A stretch of DNA of 64,000 nucleotides from Botryllus schlosseri (lineage: Eukaryota). Position 1 is the first letter of the stretch. Each line of letters begins with the position of its first letter. Below are positions 1 through 11,400 of this stretch, piece by piece. The notes beneath the pieces were generated by a model. That model ran no database searches and was not told where the DNA came from. It saw only the letters and a list, made by a program, of their open reading frames with translations. The stretch lies in NCBI GenBank assembly GCA_051294905.1, contig CM119373.1:24738001-24802000 (forward strand), in the 5' to 3' direction. The translations under genes were made by a program, and so were the position numbers.

Positions 1-692
1 GATATGAATCCATGAGGTGTTGCACCCGTAGTTGCATGGTTCAATTCTAAGTTAATTTAATCCACAGCCAAGGCCATGTTTCATCACATCAACAAAACCA
101 CAACATAGCGATGATATAGAAAAATAAAAACACTGAGAAACGAAGAAAATCATTCAATCGGCGAAGCAAAATACCAGACACCGACCGTTGTACAAAAGTG
201 AATTGAGACACCGATTTCTGTGTGAATCAAATTTCCGGAAATGTTCACAGTAAGCTCTGTGTTAAAAATGTATTAAATTTAGAACAAAAGGTTTTAGATA
301 GATTTTATTGCTTCATTAGACTTTACTGCCCCTCAATTCATGTATGCACGGAGGATATATTCCTTTTAATCTAGGCTACCCTGCGGTATATAATCTCGTA
401 AGCACTGTAGCATTGGCGTAGTATGATTTTATTCCTTTATTCTAAAATGTTTGTGTGCCGAACAATATTGACGATTGCTCACTAACATTCGGTAGACTTA
501 TCGTCATCGGGGTAATCGTTCTGCGAGATGATTATCCTTACGGTGCTACCGAAATCAATCGCACTTGCGAAATTGTTTTGAACATGGCGAACCATACTAA
601 CCGCTAGCTAGCAGTAGTAATCCGTGCCCGTGTTCCAGTGATTTGAATCTTTATGAATATCCGTCTTCCATCGTCTCCAGTCGACAATTCAT

Positions 693-1673
693 CAGTGTTG
701 GGATCAAGTCACTACCTTCGAGTCACGAGTCATTTCGAGTCATTGCACTTTTTGACTCGAGTCAAGTCAAGTCAATCGATTTTCGAAGGTGACTCGAGTC
801 AAGTCAAGTCACTCGATTTTTGGAGGTGACTCGAGTCAAGTCGAGTCAAGTCAAGTCAAGTCACGAGTCAAGTCACAATTCAAGTCAAGTTGCCTTTTCG
901 AAGTATGAGGCATGATTACGTCATTGCATTTTGCTAGCTGTCTGAAATACAGATTGAGTGGTCATTCATTCCGAACCGATGAACGAATATAGAATTAAAT
1001 ATACACGCAAGAATGCGCTGTATCGCTCACATATACGAAGAACTGCTAAACTACGGAAGTAATTACATATCCTCAGTTTATAGTTACCAATCAAAATAGA
1101 GAATTGAGAAACAAATTGATAAGATGCAGTACATTACCCATTGACAAATTGATATGATACAATTCACGCCTGCACCAATGGTTGGAGGACTATATAAACC
1201 ATATTTGAGTTCAATTTCAATAAAACAAGAGGTTACGTTAAGGTAAGAACATAGAACGGAAATAGACATTGTGTAAATTGTATCACTTTACTACTAGTTT
1301 GCAACAACGTAAGCTGTAAGCTTCGATCACTTTGTTTGCGGTCAATTTTTTTGTGAGAGAACAATGGAGGTGAAACGCACAATTATTGAATAATTGGTCG
1401 CTCTCACGAATTACACCAGCTCACGAATTACACCAGCGTTTCGCGAACAATCCGAACATATGCAAGATACAGTGATTTTATCGACACCGATTACTTGATG
1501 ACTTGAAATTGACTCGTGAATTTTGCTCCGAGTCACGAGTCAATCCACATTTCTGGTACGCCGAGTCAAGTCAAGTCATTTTAGCAAAGTGACTCGAGTC
1601 AAGTCAAGTCATACGAAAAAGGTGACTCGAGTCTGACTCGAGTCAAGTCGTGACTCGAGTCATCCCAACACTG
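693..1673. mobile_element. Non-autonomous hAT DNA transposon (981 bp) with GACTCGAGTC/AAGTC subterminal arrays
   Basis: 12-bp TIRs CAGTGTTGGGAT (693) and ATCCCAACACTG (ends 1673); perfect 8-bp TSD CAATTCAT at 685-692 and 1674-1681; dense GACTCGAGTC/CAAGT repeats at both ends; internal 17-bp tandem duplication at 1403-1436. An 8-bp TSD with CAG termini is typical of hAT. Confidence 0.92.
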
Positions 1674-4600
1674 CAATTCATCAGCACTAAAAGATTAAGT
1701 ATTTCAAAGTTGTGATCGCCAATATTGGAAAAAATAACTTCTGCTCAAATCCTGTTGTGGTTAGCAGTATATGCGGGTATATAAGCTACCTTTTATCACC
1801 TTTGAAAAAATTGAGGAGTTGTGCGGCTTCATCCCTTGGGATTGGTTACTAGCGATGGTGTAAACGTGAGGTTATTGTTCGCGTTCGGTGTGTGAGCCGC
1901 AAAAATTTAGAGGTTCGTGGTCGCAAACAAAATTTGACAGTTTCTGCACTGTGAATCTTTTCATATATTACAATTTTTCATGTCAATATAACATATTTGG
2001 TTGAAATTCTTTCCATTTCAACTTCGGACCACTGTCAGTATGGCGCTGGCTGCATGAAAAGAATTTAGGAATATACGAACATCCACCATGATAGTATCAA
2101 AAACTTCATTGGCTTTATTATAAAAGTTTACTCGGAATGATCAGCTTACCGTTTAAGATTATTGGTGACTCTCTGCTACGAGCTTGACCCGCAATAACTA
2201 TTAATATTTATCATTGATTGATATCAACGAAATTGAAAGAGAATAGCACATCGTTGTTTGGTGTCAAAATCTAGCAAGCATACGGGATCTAACTTGATTT
2301 AATATGTTTATTTTAACACAAATACCAAATATGACTGATTGGGTTGTTGATACTGTATAAGTTAATGTTTAGGTAATATCAGAAGCAAGTATAGAAATCA
2401 TTTTTTTTTTACTCAGACCAATATCAATGAAAAAATAAACTTACGTCCGAAGCCTAGACCGTTAATGGGTAAGGTTATATTCCCTTCCACGTCGCTGTCG
2501 CAATTGTTGGCAGAGCGACGGAAAATATTGGTAACGTGGAATCATTCGATTGTTCCAATTGATACAATTGTTGATGCTTGAAATGACAACTTCAACTTCA
2601 GCATTGTGCCATAATGAGGCCTGAGTCGTAGCAGTACATTAATGTATTGCTTTACTAAAACGTAGGGTTCGAATTAGCAATATGAAGGCACAAGGCGTCA
2701 TAGGTTCGTGTTCACGTTCACGTTCACATAGAACCTTTCAGGGGTTCGCAACATCCCTAGTAGTCACATAATCCACATAGACGAATGTGCAGCATCTTCT
2801 TCCGATATCTATTATCTATGCCTCGGTGAAAATCCGCTTTTGAAAAGGTTCAGGTCGAAGCAAATTGTCCTGTAAATTGCTGAATCATAACAAGTCTCCA
2901 CAGCGTATCATTCTTTTCTTCGCAAGGACATGCGGTATGCTCTTAATATCAATGTTATCATTCCACGCCAGAGAAACTTAACAGATATAGGAAGTTTACA
3001 AAGTCGGTATAGCATAGATAAATAATTGACTAAATGGTTCCAATCGACGCCGCGAATTCGCGAAAAGTATTTACACTGTCCGGTTGATTGCATGCCCGTT
3101 GTCCGCGCCGCGTGGTATTTATTTTGATTAAAAGCGGATCTTTGGAGCATACGCCGTCTGTGAAAATAACACATTAAACGGTGGCGGTATCATCACAATA
3201 AGACACGGAAAATAAACATTTGAAATGATTGACGTTTTGGAGAAATGTCACTTTCGTGAGCGCGCGAAAAACGATTTTACGCGATGCTCAATAAAAAGTT
3301 ATGAGATAATTTATTCCGTTGGGAATTTGACCCCGCTGTATGTTTCCATGAGGTAAGTCGTCTCTCACCGGGTATATGACTAACTAGGCAGGAATTCGAT
3401 ATTGTAAAGTCGATATCCTGATATATATTCTATTATTCTGTAGAATTTCTATATTGCATCCGTTGTATGGCTGGCTATTAGTTAATGTCAGTGCAATGCA
3501 TGTTAGATTGCATATTAGCACACTAAATCATGAGATACAATGATAAAAACCACGATTGACCGTGTTAATTAATTTACAGAGATTGTTAATATATCGGTAG
3601 CGAGGTTCCGCTAAGTTGTTATTGTTGTTTGGTGCTTGTGATGCTTCGACATCAGCAGTCACTCCACACTATGCCGAAAATTTCGTGTTTTGATTCCTGA
3701 ACTGTCGTCTTATAACACGTATCGGTCCTGTTATAAGCTTTTGTAAAACACTGCCTATGGTGATCGGCAAAGTCTGACTTTATATGCCTTTAGATGTTGG
3801 CTATCTTCTTACCAGCTTTACAGTCTTCTATCAAGTATGCCATATATCAGGTATTGGCAATGAATAGACGATATTAGTCCAGATGTATTACGGGATGGTT
3901 ATCGGGCGGTTTGAAATATTACCTGAAACTATGTATTTATACTTGATTGCGACATGTTAGCACCGCGGAATATACATTAGATTCAGACACCGTGTAAGAA
4001 TTTTCCGGAATGAATGCAGATATAGTGTTACTGATCGCCGTACCCCACCCAACGTACGTTGGTACACGTTTTCTCTTACATTATTGGTCGCGATAAAAAT
4101 TACCGTTAGGATTCTGACGTCATGTTGTTTTTGGCGGTATGGACTAACCGCGACGTTGGTCAGTCGCAGTAATTCTGCCACTCGGGTTTTGTATTGTTAC
4201 CTTGTCGCCGGCATCTGCCATGATGCAACAGAAATGTGTCTGCCTTTAGCTCCTAATTACGCAGTAATCCCCTCGTAATAACCAGTCTTACTTCTGTTAG
4301 GTGGCGGTGATTTATGGCCTTCACATCGTATCCCAAACGTCTGGTGCCGTGTAGCACTAACGAGAATGCAATAGCGGAAAATAGCTCATAAACATTACAG
4401 ACATGTTTTCCCGGGTGACCGTTAAGACACTCCTACGTCTGACAGATACGCGCTACACGGTTTTTATAGTCTCAAGTGCCGTTACACCGTAAATCCACAT
4501 TCCACTCGCTGCTGCGTCCTTACTCTGTCATTTCTATAAAATCGATCCTACGATGAAGCCGTCTGACAGTTTCAAAGTTTGAATTTATTAGTAATAACTT

Positions 4601-4705
4601 CGTCGAATGCGCTCGCATGACGAAAATAAAATGTGCGGCAGTGATGGACGGAAACTCAAATAAACGTGTGTCGACTGACAGAAACGAAAGAAAATATATA
4701 AATTA

Positions 4706-4711
4706 TTTATT
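4706..4711 (-). other. Candidate polyadenylation signal (AATAAA) of gene A
   Basis: First AATAAA I found on the minus strand downstream of the gene A stop (~755 nt); no transcript evidence. Confidence 0.4.
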
Positions 4712-5465
4712 CAATAAATCGTTGAACATCGTCGGCGTTACGTAGTTGCACTGTCTCCACCATCTAATTTTACAGCCGCTCGGTGATCGTTTTGCTACAG
4801 TCAGCTTTAAATACATGGATTCATGAGATGAATAACTGACTAATATCAAATTGATTCGAATGAAGTACACAAATTACTACGGAACCAGTGACTCTGAAGG
4901 TCAAATCTCGCGTAGCAATAGTTCTTAAAATATCTCTATTCAGATTCAAAATCGTTGTCAATATCTTGGTGCGTTAAAATCATGATGATTCACGTGGTGA
5001 ATAACATTTTAGCCGTTGAACATAGCTATTGCAGTAGGTGCGTGAGTTGTAGTGCCACGTACAGTCATACAAAACGTGTGGTGAAAGGGCCATTCTGGAT
5101 GGCGAGCTGTGCGACAATTAAAGGCAAGAACGCGGCCATAAAAAAACTTGGTTGTTTGAAGGGAATGTGTCCTTGCTCGGCACTTCAAATACCGAAGTAA
5201 ATTTTACTGAGGGTTCGTATTATATCACAGCTGTATCCATCCAACGATACTAAATGTCGTATTACTATCTCAACACGCAATAGAAGGATTATGGCGTTGT
5301 CCATCGGTATATATAGCACGAGGCATGACTGTCAGATGGCGGACTGACATTATATGCAAACGGACAAAAGGTATTGTTGGTCATAGAAAATATATGTGTC
5401 ATAATCGGAAGATAGGACAACTGCGGAGAAGATAGAATGTTCGCTGCGCGCGCAGGTACGAAAAA

Positions 5466-5748
5466 TCACAGTCTCTTCGGGATTACGGCAAAATGCGTTA
5501 TCTCCATTCCTTTACTTCGCTTCAAATCGCCCTGTTGCAAAGCACCGGTCATCAGATATCCGTTCTGAACGTCGCTTTGCGATATGCGCGCGGATAAATG
5601 TAACTTGAAGTCCGGGCTGTTCCTTCGCTTGAAGCGGCCGGTTATGGTTAATGTCCCGTCGCGGTTTTGGGAGATGCGTCCGACCGCAGAATAAGTTTGC
5701 GAACCGCCGAGGCTGCTCTCGACTACCGTGCAATATCTCTTCCACCAT
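5466..5748 (-). CDS. Gene A, exon 2 (last coding exon); uncharacterised protein, paralogue of gene B
   Basis: Acceptor tgtttAG|ATGGTGGAAG. Joined in phase 2 to exon 1 it reads R-WWKRYCTVVESSLGGSQTYSAVGRISQNRDGTLTITGRFKRRNSPDFKLHLSARISQSDVQNGYLMTGALQQGDLKRSKGMEITHFAVIPKRL*. 51/94 residues are identical, ungapped, to gene B exon 2. This frame is not the one shown in the ORF track. Confidence 0.9.
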
Positions 5749-6621
5749 CTAAACAGATGAAATGATGCTTATACAGTGTCCAAGCAAGCATAACAAGGAG
5801 AATGATACGTAGGTATACGTTCACTTTCATTTCGTTTATTGCTATGTGCCGGAATTCACAACGTCGTTATCCGTTCAGTAAAACAACGGTGGAATTAGCT
5901 ATTCTGCCTTCTTACAGATCACTCTGCTCGATAGGAAGCAAACATTATCTGGGTCGATTCTTCGTATACCTAACACACATTTCACAAACGGCAGACATAT
6001 ATCCAATTAAGTCGTGGATCGAGTTCTCAAAATGCACCTGCGCATATGGGTGGTAAGCTTCTTAACCCGAGTGTCTTGACATACTAGCGAATGACAGGTT
6101 ATGATTGCGCCGCTAAGTATGGTCCAGTGGACAAGCGGTTGGTTGATTTGGACGTAGGAACTAAACCATGTTAAATGTGGCAATGAGCGTGGAGTAAACG
6201 CACAGATATAAAGCGCTTTTAGTACATGCCTATCACTTTTAGGTGGCTAGAAATGTAGTTTTCGATTATCTATCAAGTGAAATTAAGATACACATTTGGA
6301 TTATGTATAACAATACATCAGCCTATAAATACATGAGTGAAATAATGCGTATTATCCAAATTTCCACCAAACATATGTCATATAATTCCTCCATAGCCGG
6401 TCAAAATTGGTTCACAAGCATAAGGAAAAGTAACAAATTCCTAGTAAGTATCCTACGCCTGGTTTTGCCACGAAAACAGAAGAATATGAAACAGAAGTGG
6501 AAATAGTCTGATAACCAAGACAGATGAGTGAAGCAGTGCAAGTAGGCAAAAGATGGCTGAGTACTCCAAAAAGTTATTAGTACTCCGTTACTGATCATCT
6601 ATGAATATCTCGCACGCTCAC

Positions 6622-7121
6622 CTATTAACTTTTATGGTCCATTGCACTGTTTTCGCGTTTTTAGCCCATTCTTCTTCCGGATACAATAACACCTTCGCGG
6701 TGGTGCATTTCGGACCTGTCAGCAACGTTTCGCATTGCGACTGCCCCAACGCGTCCCAGTATTCATCGTAGATGCTGCGCTTGCGCTGTTTACAAGGCGG
6801 AGGAAAAAAATCGTCTAGATTACAGTTCGTGAATGAGTCCTCAAGGTCCACACACAGCGCAATGTCGTCCGACATTCCGCGCCTGGTTAGCGAATATTCG
6901 TAGTCGGAATCGGTCTTCATGCTTTCGACGCTGTTGACGGTTTTAGTGTGATCTTTAACGACAGACTTTCTGTATTCCTTTCGCTTTTTGAAACAGTCCA
7001 CTTCGAGTCGTACGTTACGCGCGTCGCAGTGTTGAGGGACGTGAAAACTGAATTCGTTGAGCGCCGAAGTGTCACCGTGTCGTTTCGAAGCCCGGTGGGA
7101 TAGTTGATCCAGTACTCCCAT
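6622..7121 (-). CDS. Gene A, exon 1; full CDS join(7121..6622,5748..5466), 260 aa, intron 5749-6621 (873 bp)
   Basis: Lies within ORF 6618-7184. The ATG at 7121 has a strong Kozak context (GCCACCACCATGG) and aligns with the gene B start. Donor AATAG|GTGAG at 6621. Shares motifs EFSFHVP, RxEVxCFKK, DSDY and KVxLxPEEEWAxNAKxxQWTIKxN with gene B. Confidence 0.88.
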
Positions 7122-7170
7122 GGTGGTGGCTGCGCGGATTAGTCGCCGGCCGACTTTGTGATGTCTAGCG

Positions 7171-7275
7171 TTAAATCTGAACATATGCGCGCATGCTGGT
7201 TACAAGTGTACTCGAAAAGGATTTATCCGTCTTAATCCGATACATAAAACCGTCTGGTACCGAGGAAGCGTACAT
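7171..7275 (-). promoter_or_regulatory. Putative upstream ORF in gene A leader (34 aa, MYASSVPDGF...YVQI*)
   Basis: ATGTAC 154 nt upstream of the main ATG; open to TAA at 7171-7173. Counts as a uORF only if the TSS lies upstream of 7275. Confidence 0.4.
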
Positions 7276-7332
7276 GGTGAAAAATACAGGATACGCAAGC
7301 CTATCTCATTCGTTTTTGAGTTATAATTCAGG

Positions 7333-7340
7333 TATTTATA
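7333..7340 (-). promoter_or_regulatory. Candidate TATA box of gene A (TATAAATA)
   Basis: Consensus match 219 nt upstream of the ATG (gene B: 234 nt). No clear Inr ~30 nt downstream, so support is weaker than for gene B. Confidence 0.4.
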
Positions 7341-10300
7341 ATCGCTGCTGCTTAACTACTACCATTTAGGCACCTCCTTGACTTCCGTCCACATAAGCTA
7401 TGTCATAAAATAACTCGAATGAAAGGGGGTCGCAATGTAAGGCGGCAGATTACGAATCATAATTAGGGATATCATCGACCTGGCGCAAATTTACAATTGT
7501 AGTAACCGTGAACACGAAAAGGGAAAAACAATACGTACTACCATTGGAATTTGAGTGCCGTTTAAAGAGTTTCGCACCACATCAGTTTATTACGTTGATT
7601 GTAGCGTTGTAATGCTCATGCATGCTTATGATATGTTCAATCCTTTCGAATTTACAAAGACCCTCTCTCCTCACATACATCCAGTCCAGTGACTTTATCT
7701 GTCGCAGCAACAAGGTCTATTTATGAGTGGTCGATGAATAGCCCATAATGTTTATATTAAGTTTCGGACATTAAACATGTCGCAATATTATTGTACAATG
7801 ATATACAGTCTGTCGTTCATTCTGGTGTGCAATTAATGGCATTTCCATTTGTTGTCCCGTGATTACTCGTACGGGTCATAATAGCCACGCTATCGGTAGT
7901 CGGATGTGTCTCACCTTCTCTGATATTATTTGGTTGTGGAGACAATAATGTATCTCACGATTACCATTCAACTATAGACGGAATCATAAATTACATATCG
8001 CAGCCATTTAGTGTCTACAATCTTCGAAATCTCACATGACTAAGTATTACAAATTTATTTAACTACCTCGTTATCTGATAGCATACGATTTATTGCAGCG
8101 ATAAAATTGACAGCTATATGGAGATTCGCAAAATGCAAACATATGCTTGATCGTGTAAAAATGAAGAGCGATAAGATGCAACTTAGTTTATGATAGTCTA
8201 TGTCTATTTGCGCTGTATAAGCCTCCTTTATCCAATAAGCGTACATTAAACAATGGGAAGTGAAATGTGCAAGCCTAAATGGATATATGCTATTCGTATA
8301 TGTGTTTGCATGAAATTTGTATATTTACCAACAATAAAGTCAATAATTTCAAGTTAACCATATGCATTCTAATTCGTGATTCTGCAGTCCTCTCCAGACA
8401 CAACTAAAATACAAAATGTTCCTCAGTTTATGAACCCTCTAAATACCAGTCTACCAGACAGTAAGCTTAAAACTGAATTACTTGGATGCCAAAAAGGATC
8501 AATATGCCGTAACTATAGATTCGGATGGGATATGTCCCCTTATTTTACGCCGCACCTGCTAGCCCTGCGACGCCCGCGAAGAAGACTGAAGAGTTTTGTG
8601 ATGCAACAAGCCAATTTCATGGTGCGGAATCGAGAGATACTCTATGCGAGAGAAGCAACTTTTTTCGAATTGTAATGAGAGCTGGGTTTTTATTTTGGTA
8701 TACAGTAAATATTCGCCATATCACATTTTCGGCGTTGGAGTCACGCAATTCGCAAGCCTAATTTGATGGATATAACCGTCTCAAATACTTTAAATAGCAT
8801 ACAGTTACGGCTTGTTGACATACATCCCACTATCGCACCTGCCTTGCCTGGAAATATTTTCGTAGACATTTTCAAAGTTGCTGTCCCGATTTTCAACTCC
8901 GCATGAATTCCTTAGCTCAAAACGCATTTCTTACAAGTACCTGCTGTTAGTGACAGATTTGAAAGTACTGCGAAAGTAGATGCATATAGCCGTAGTACAC
9001 AATGCACACCATATTCGAGTACTTTATGGACATTACGCTACTTTTTCAAATACAACCATGATTCTTCTAGGGGTAAATGATAATGCAGTTTGTGATAATT
9101 ATTATTAGTCAGTACACCAATGTGAAGTTACCTACGGACCTGCCACATGATGCTTGGACTAGGGGATTGTTCATATCTTTGGATATTCTCGGCAAACTTG
9201 AGAAAGACTAAACCAGTATATTCTAGAACATGCACCGGTCTTTTAGTCGATCATTTGTTTATTTTTCACCTGTAATTTCATCGAAAATCTGATGTCACTG
9301 ACGATGAAGTGACATATTAGTTAATGGCATGATCTTGCCGCGGGTGCGTAGTATTACATCAAGTTCGAGTATAATGGAGGTAATCCAATCCAAACTAGTA
9401 ATAACATGTGTTGCTGTAATATAATTGATTGTTTGATATTTTTTAATGAAAGGTTCTACTAATCTAAATGAACCTTAAGTGTTTAAATGCAATAAAGTGA
9501 CCTAACATTCAACACAACACGCATGACTTCAATCGCGTATTATGGTGTCTGTGACTTTTATGGGAATCAATAAACCTCAAACAGGTATATTGTTCTGAAC
9601 GTCACCTCAAACGCTCTTAGATTGCAACACTGTGACGTATATGATCTAATTTTAGAAATATCCTGTATCTGTCGCTTCATTCAGGTGCAATCAACGAAGG
9701 AGAACGAACCCAGGGTATATGTCACAATGAACATAGGCGTCTAGTTGACAGGTGAGAACCGTGTCTCCCTGTGCTTAGTAACTGAAATGGTGTGCCACAA
9801 AAATAAAATGGTAATCCTGTCTTTTACATATCGTAAATGATAACCTCCAATGAGAACATAGAACCATGTGGAAATGATGTGCTATGAACAGAGGTAGGCA
9901 TTGACGAGATACTTCCAATTTCACGCATAAGACACGTAACACTCAAGTCTATTCGTACCATTGTCACAGTTACTCTTGAGGTTGATTTGTAGAGTATTTC
10001 CACTTCTACTTCGCGATATTTGTAGTCATATAATGTATTGTAGCCTACATGTATGATACAAAATTTTGGTATGGGTTGGAATTTTGTTTGATATCATTTG
10101 CCTAAACATATGGCGACATAGCTCATGTATCTATATGAAACGTTTACCAACTAGCCATTTCGTAGCAACGGTAGATACTCGTCATTATATGCTGAGATGC
10201 ATGTTAAACACATCAAATTTCACACCGCATAACAGTACAGTGAAATCAACCATTCGACGAATGTTCTGCAAGGGTGATTTTGGACTAACCGCTTCTTGCT

Positions 10301-11062
10301 GATGTCTGATTGTCGTCGCCGTTGCTTGGATTCTTTTGCGATAATGTCACCGCAATACCTCACGGTAATGAAAATCATTCTCAAGCATCTGTACATTTCC
10401 ACCATTTCACACTATGGCGGAGGTAGTACATTCATTAGGAATACCTCTTTCCTGTTCCTTCGTTTGAAGTATCCTATATTATGGTCAACTACACGAACTC
10501 AGGAAACGCGCGCGAGCTATCGATGTCGGTGATTAGATTTCGTTTAATGAATTCGCCTCCATGAAGAGTTGAAGACTCATTGGAATAGAATTTAATCACG
10601 ACGTCACCGACTGAAATCTAATAAATATTCAGGGAGCACAGCTCACAAAACATGTCGCGTTCGATATCAATGTCAGCAAAATGCTTACATTAGATTGCGT
10701 AGTAATATAGTCTCCCAGGGAAACATAAATAATGAAGCTTATTGATCGGGGGTGACGAGCTGTGTCCTTCTATTCCTACATCAATTCAATCATATGAAGT
10801 TGAAAACGAAAGGATAAATTTTTTCACGACACTGATAAGAAAGATACAACATGTGCGCACGGCTATATTTGGCATGTTAAAATAGCACAGGGGTTAACCA
10901 TTCTGCATATTTCATGAGATCAGTTTATCAATGCTTGGGACTTAAACCTGTTCCCAGTCAATTATCGAGGACGTATTGAACACAGTACGCTAACCAAATC
11001 AGTTATTTCCTCACACTCTTCGGCCATGAAAAATAATAACCTAAGATATGATTTCATTTAAT

Positions 11063-11400
11063 TAGGGTTACCATATTTTGGAATCGGGAATAGGGGACAG
11101 TTTTAACAGATCATAAAAGTTGGCAGACTGAAATTGAAAACAGCAGATTTTGATATATGTATTTGAAATCTTCTTGTGCTGTCTACAAAATAAGGTCATC
11201 ACTCTGATTCGACTCCCGAATGACCAACTCGAACGTCCGTATCACTTGGTTCACGTCATTTATGCCGATTTTCATTTGACTCTGTCCATCACTTTATCTG
11301 TAAAAGATGTAAAGGAGTACATGTAGGCGTCCTCGGAGGACATTTTCTGTTTCGTGAAAAGGAGGACAAATCCTCTTGAAGGAGGACGTATTGTAACCAA
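11063..11400. mobile_element. Degenerate hAT-like MITE
   Basis: Left end TAGGGTTACCATATT...GGGGACA; right end GGAGGACAAATCC...GGAGGACGTATTGTAACCAA, an imperfect inverse of the left end. No TSD found. Confidence 0.4.

Noticed and set aside
706-890. GACTCGAGTC/CAAGT arrays (also 1500-1660, 38285-38450, 40130-40305) as CRISPR-like or satellite arrays
   Set aside because: No constant repeat/unique spacer periodicity, no cas genes, and a eukaryotic context; the arrays lie just inside TIRs bounded by 8-bp TSDs, so they are hAT subterminal repeats.
3612-3690. Possible fourth, heavily decayed SINE tail on the minus strand
   Set aside because: Only patchy similarity (TCGGC.T.GTGTG, AACAACAATAAC) and no head; too weak to call.
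5512-5748. ORF-track protein MVEEILHG... as a gene
   Set aside because: Wrong frame: its ATG is the first three bases of exon 2, and the +1 frame is the one homologous to gene B.
5466-7121. Assigning the paralogues to a known family (Arpin, DDIT4/REDD, Naked cuticle considered)
   Set aside because: Only vague resemblance; none of the diagnostic motifs I recall for those families is present, so no gene symbol is given.
7122-7184. In-frame upstream ATG at 7184 as the start of gene A
   Set aside because: Weak context and no counterpart in gene B; the ATG at 7121 has GCCACCACCATGG and aligns with the paralogue. An N-terminally extended isoform is not excluded.
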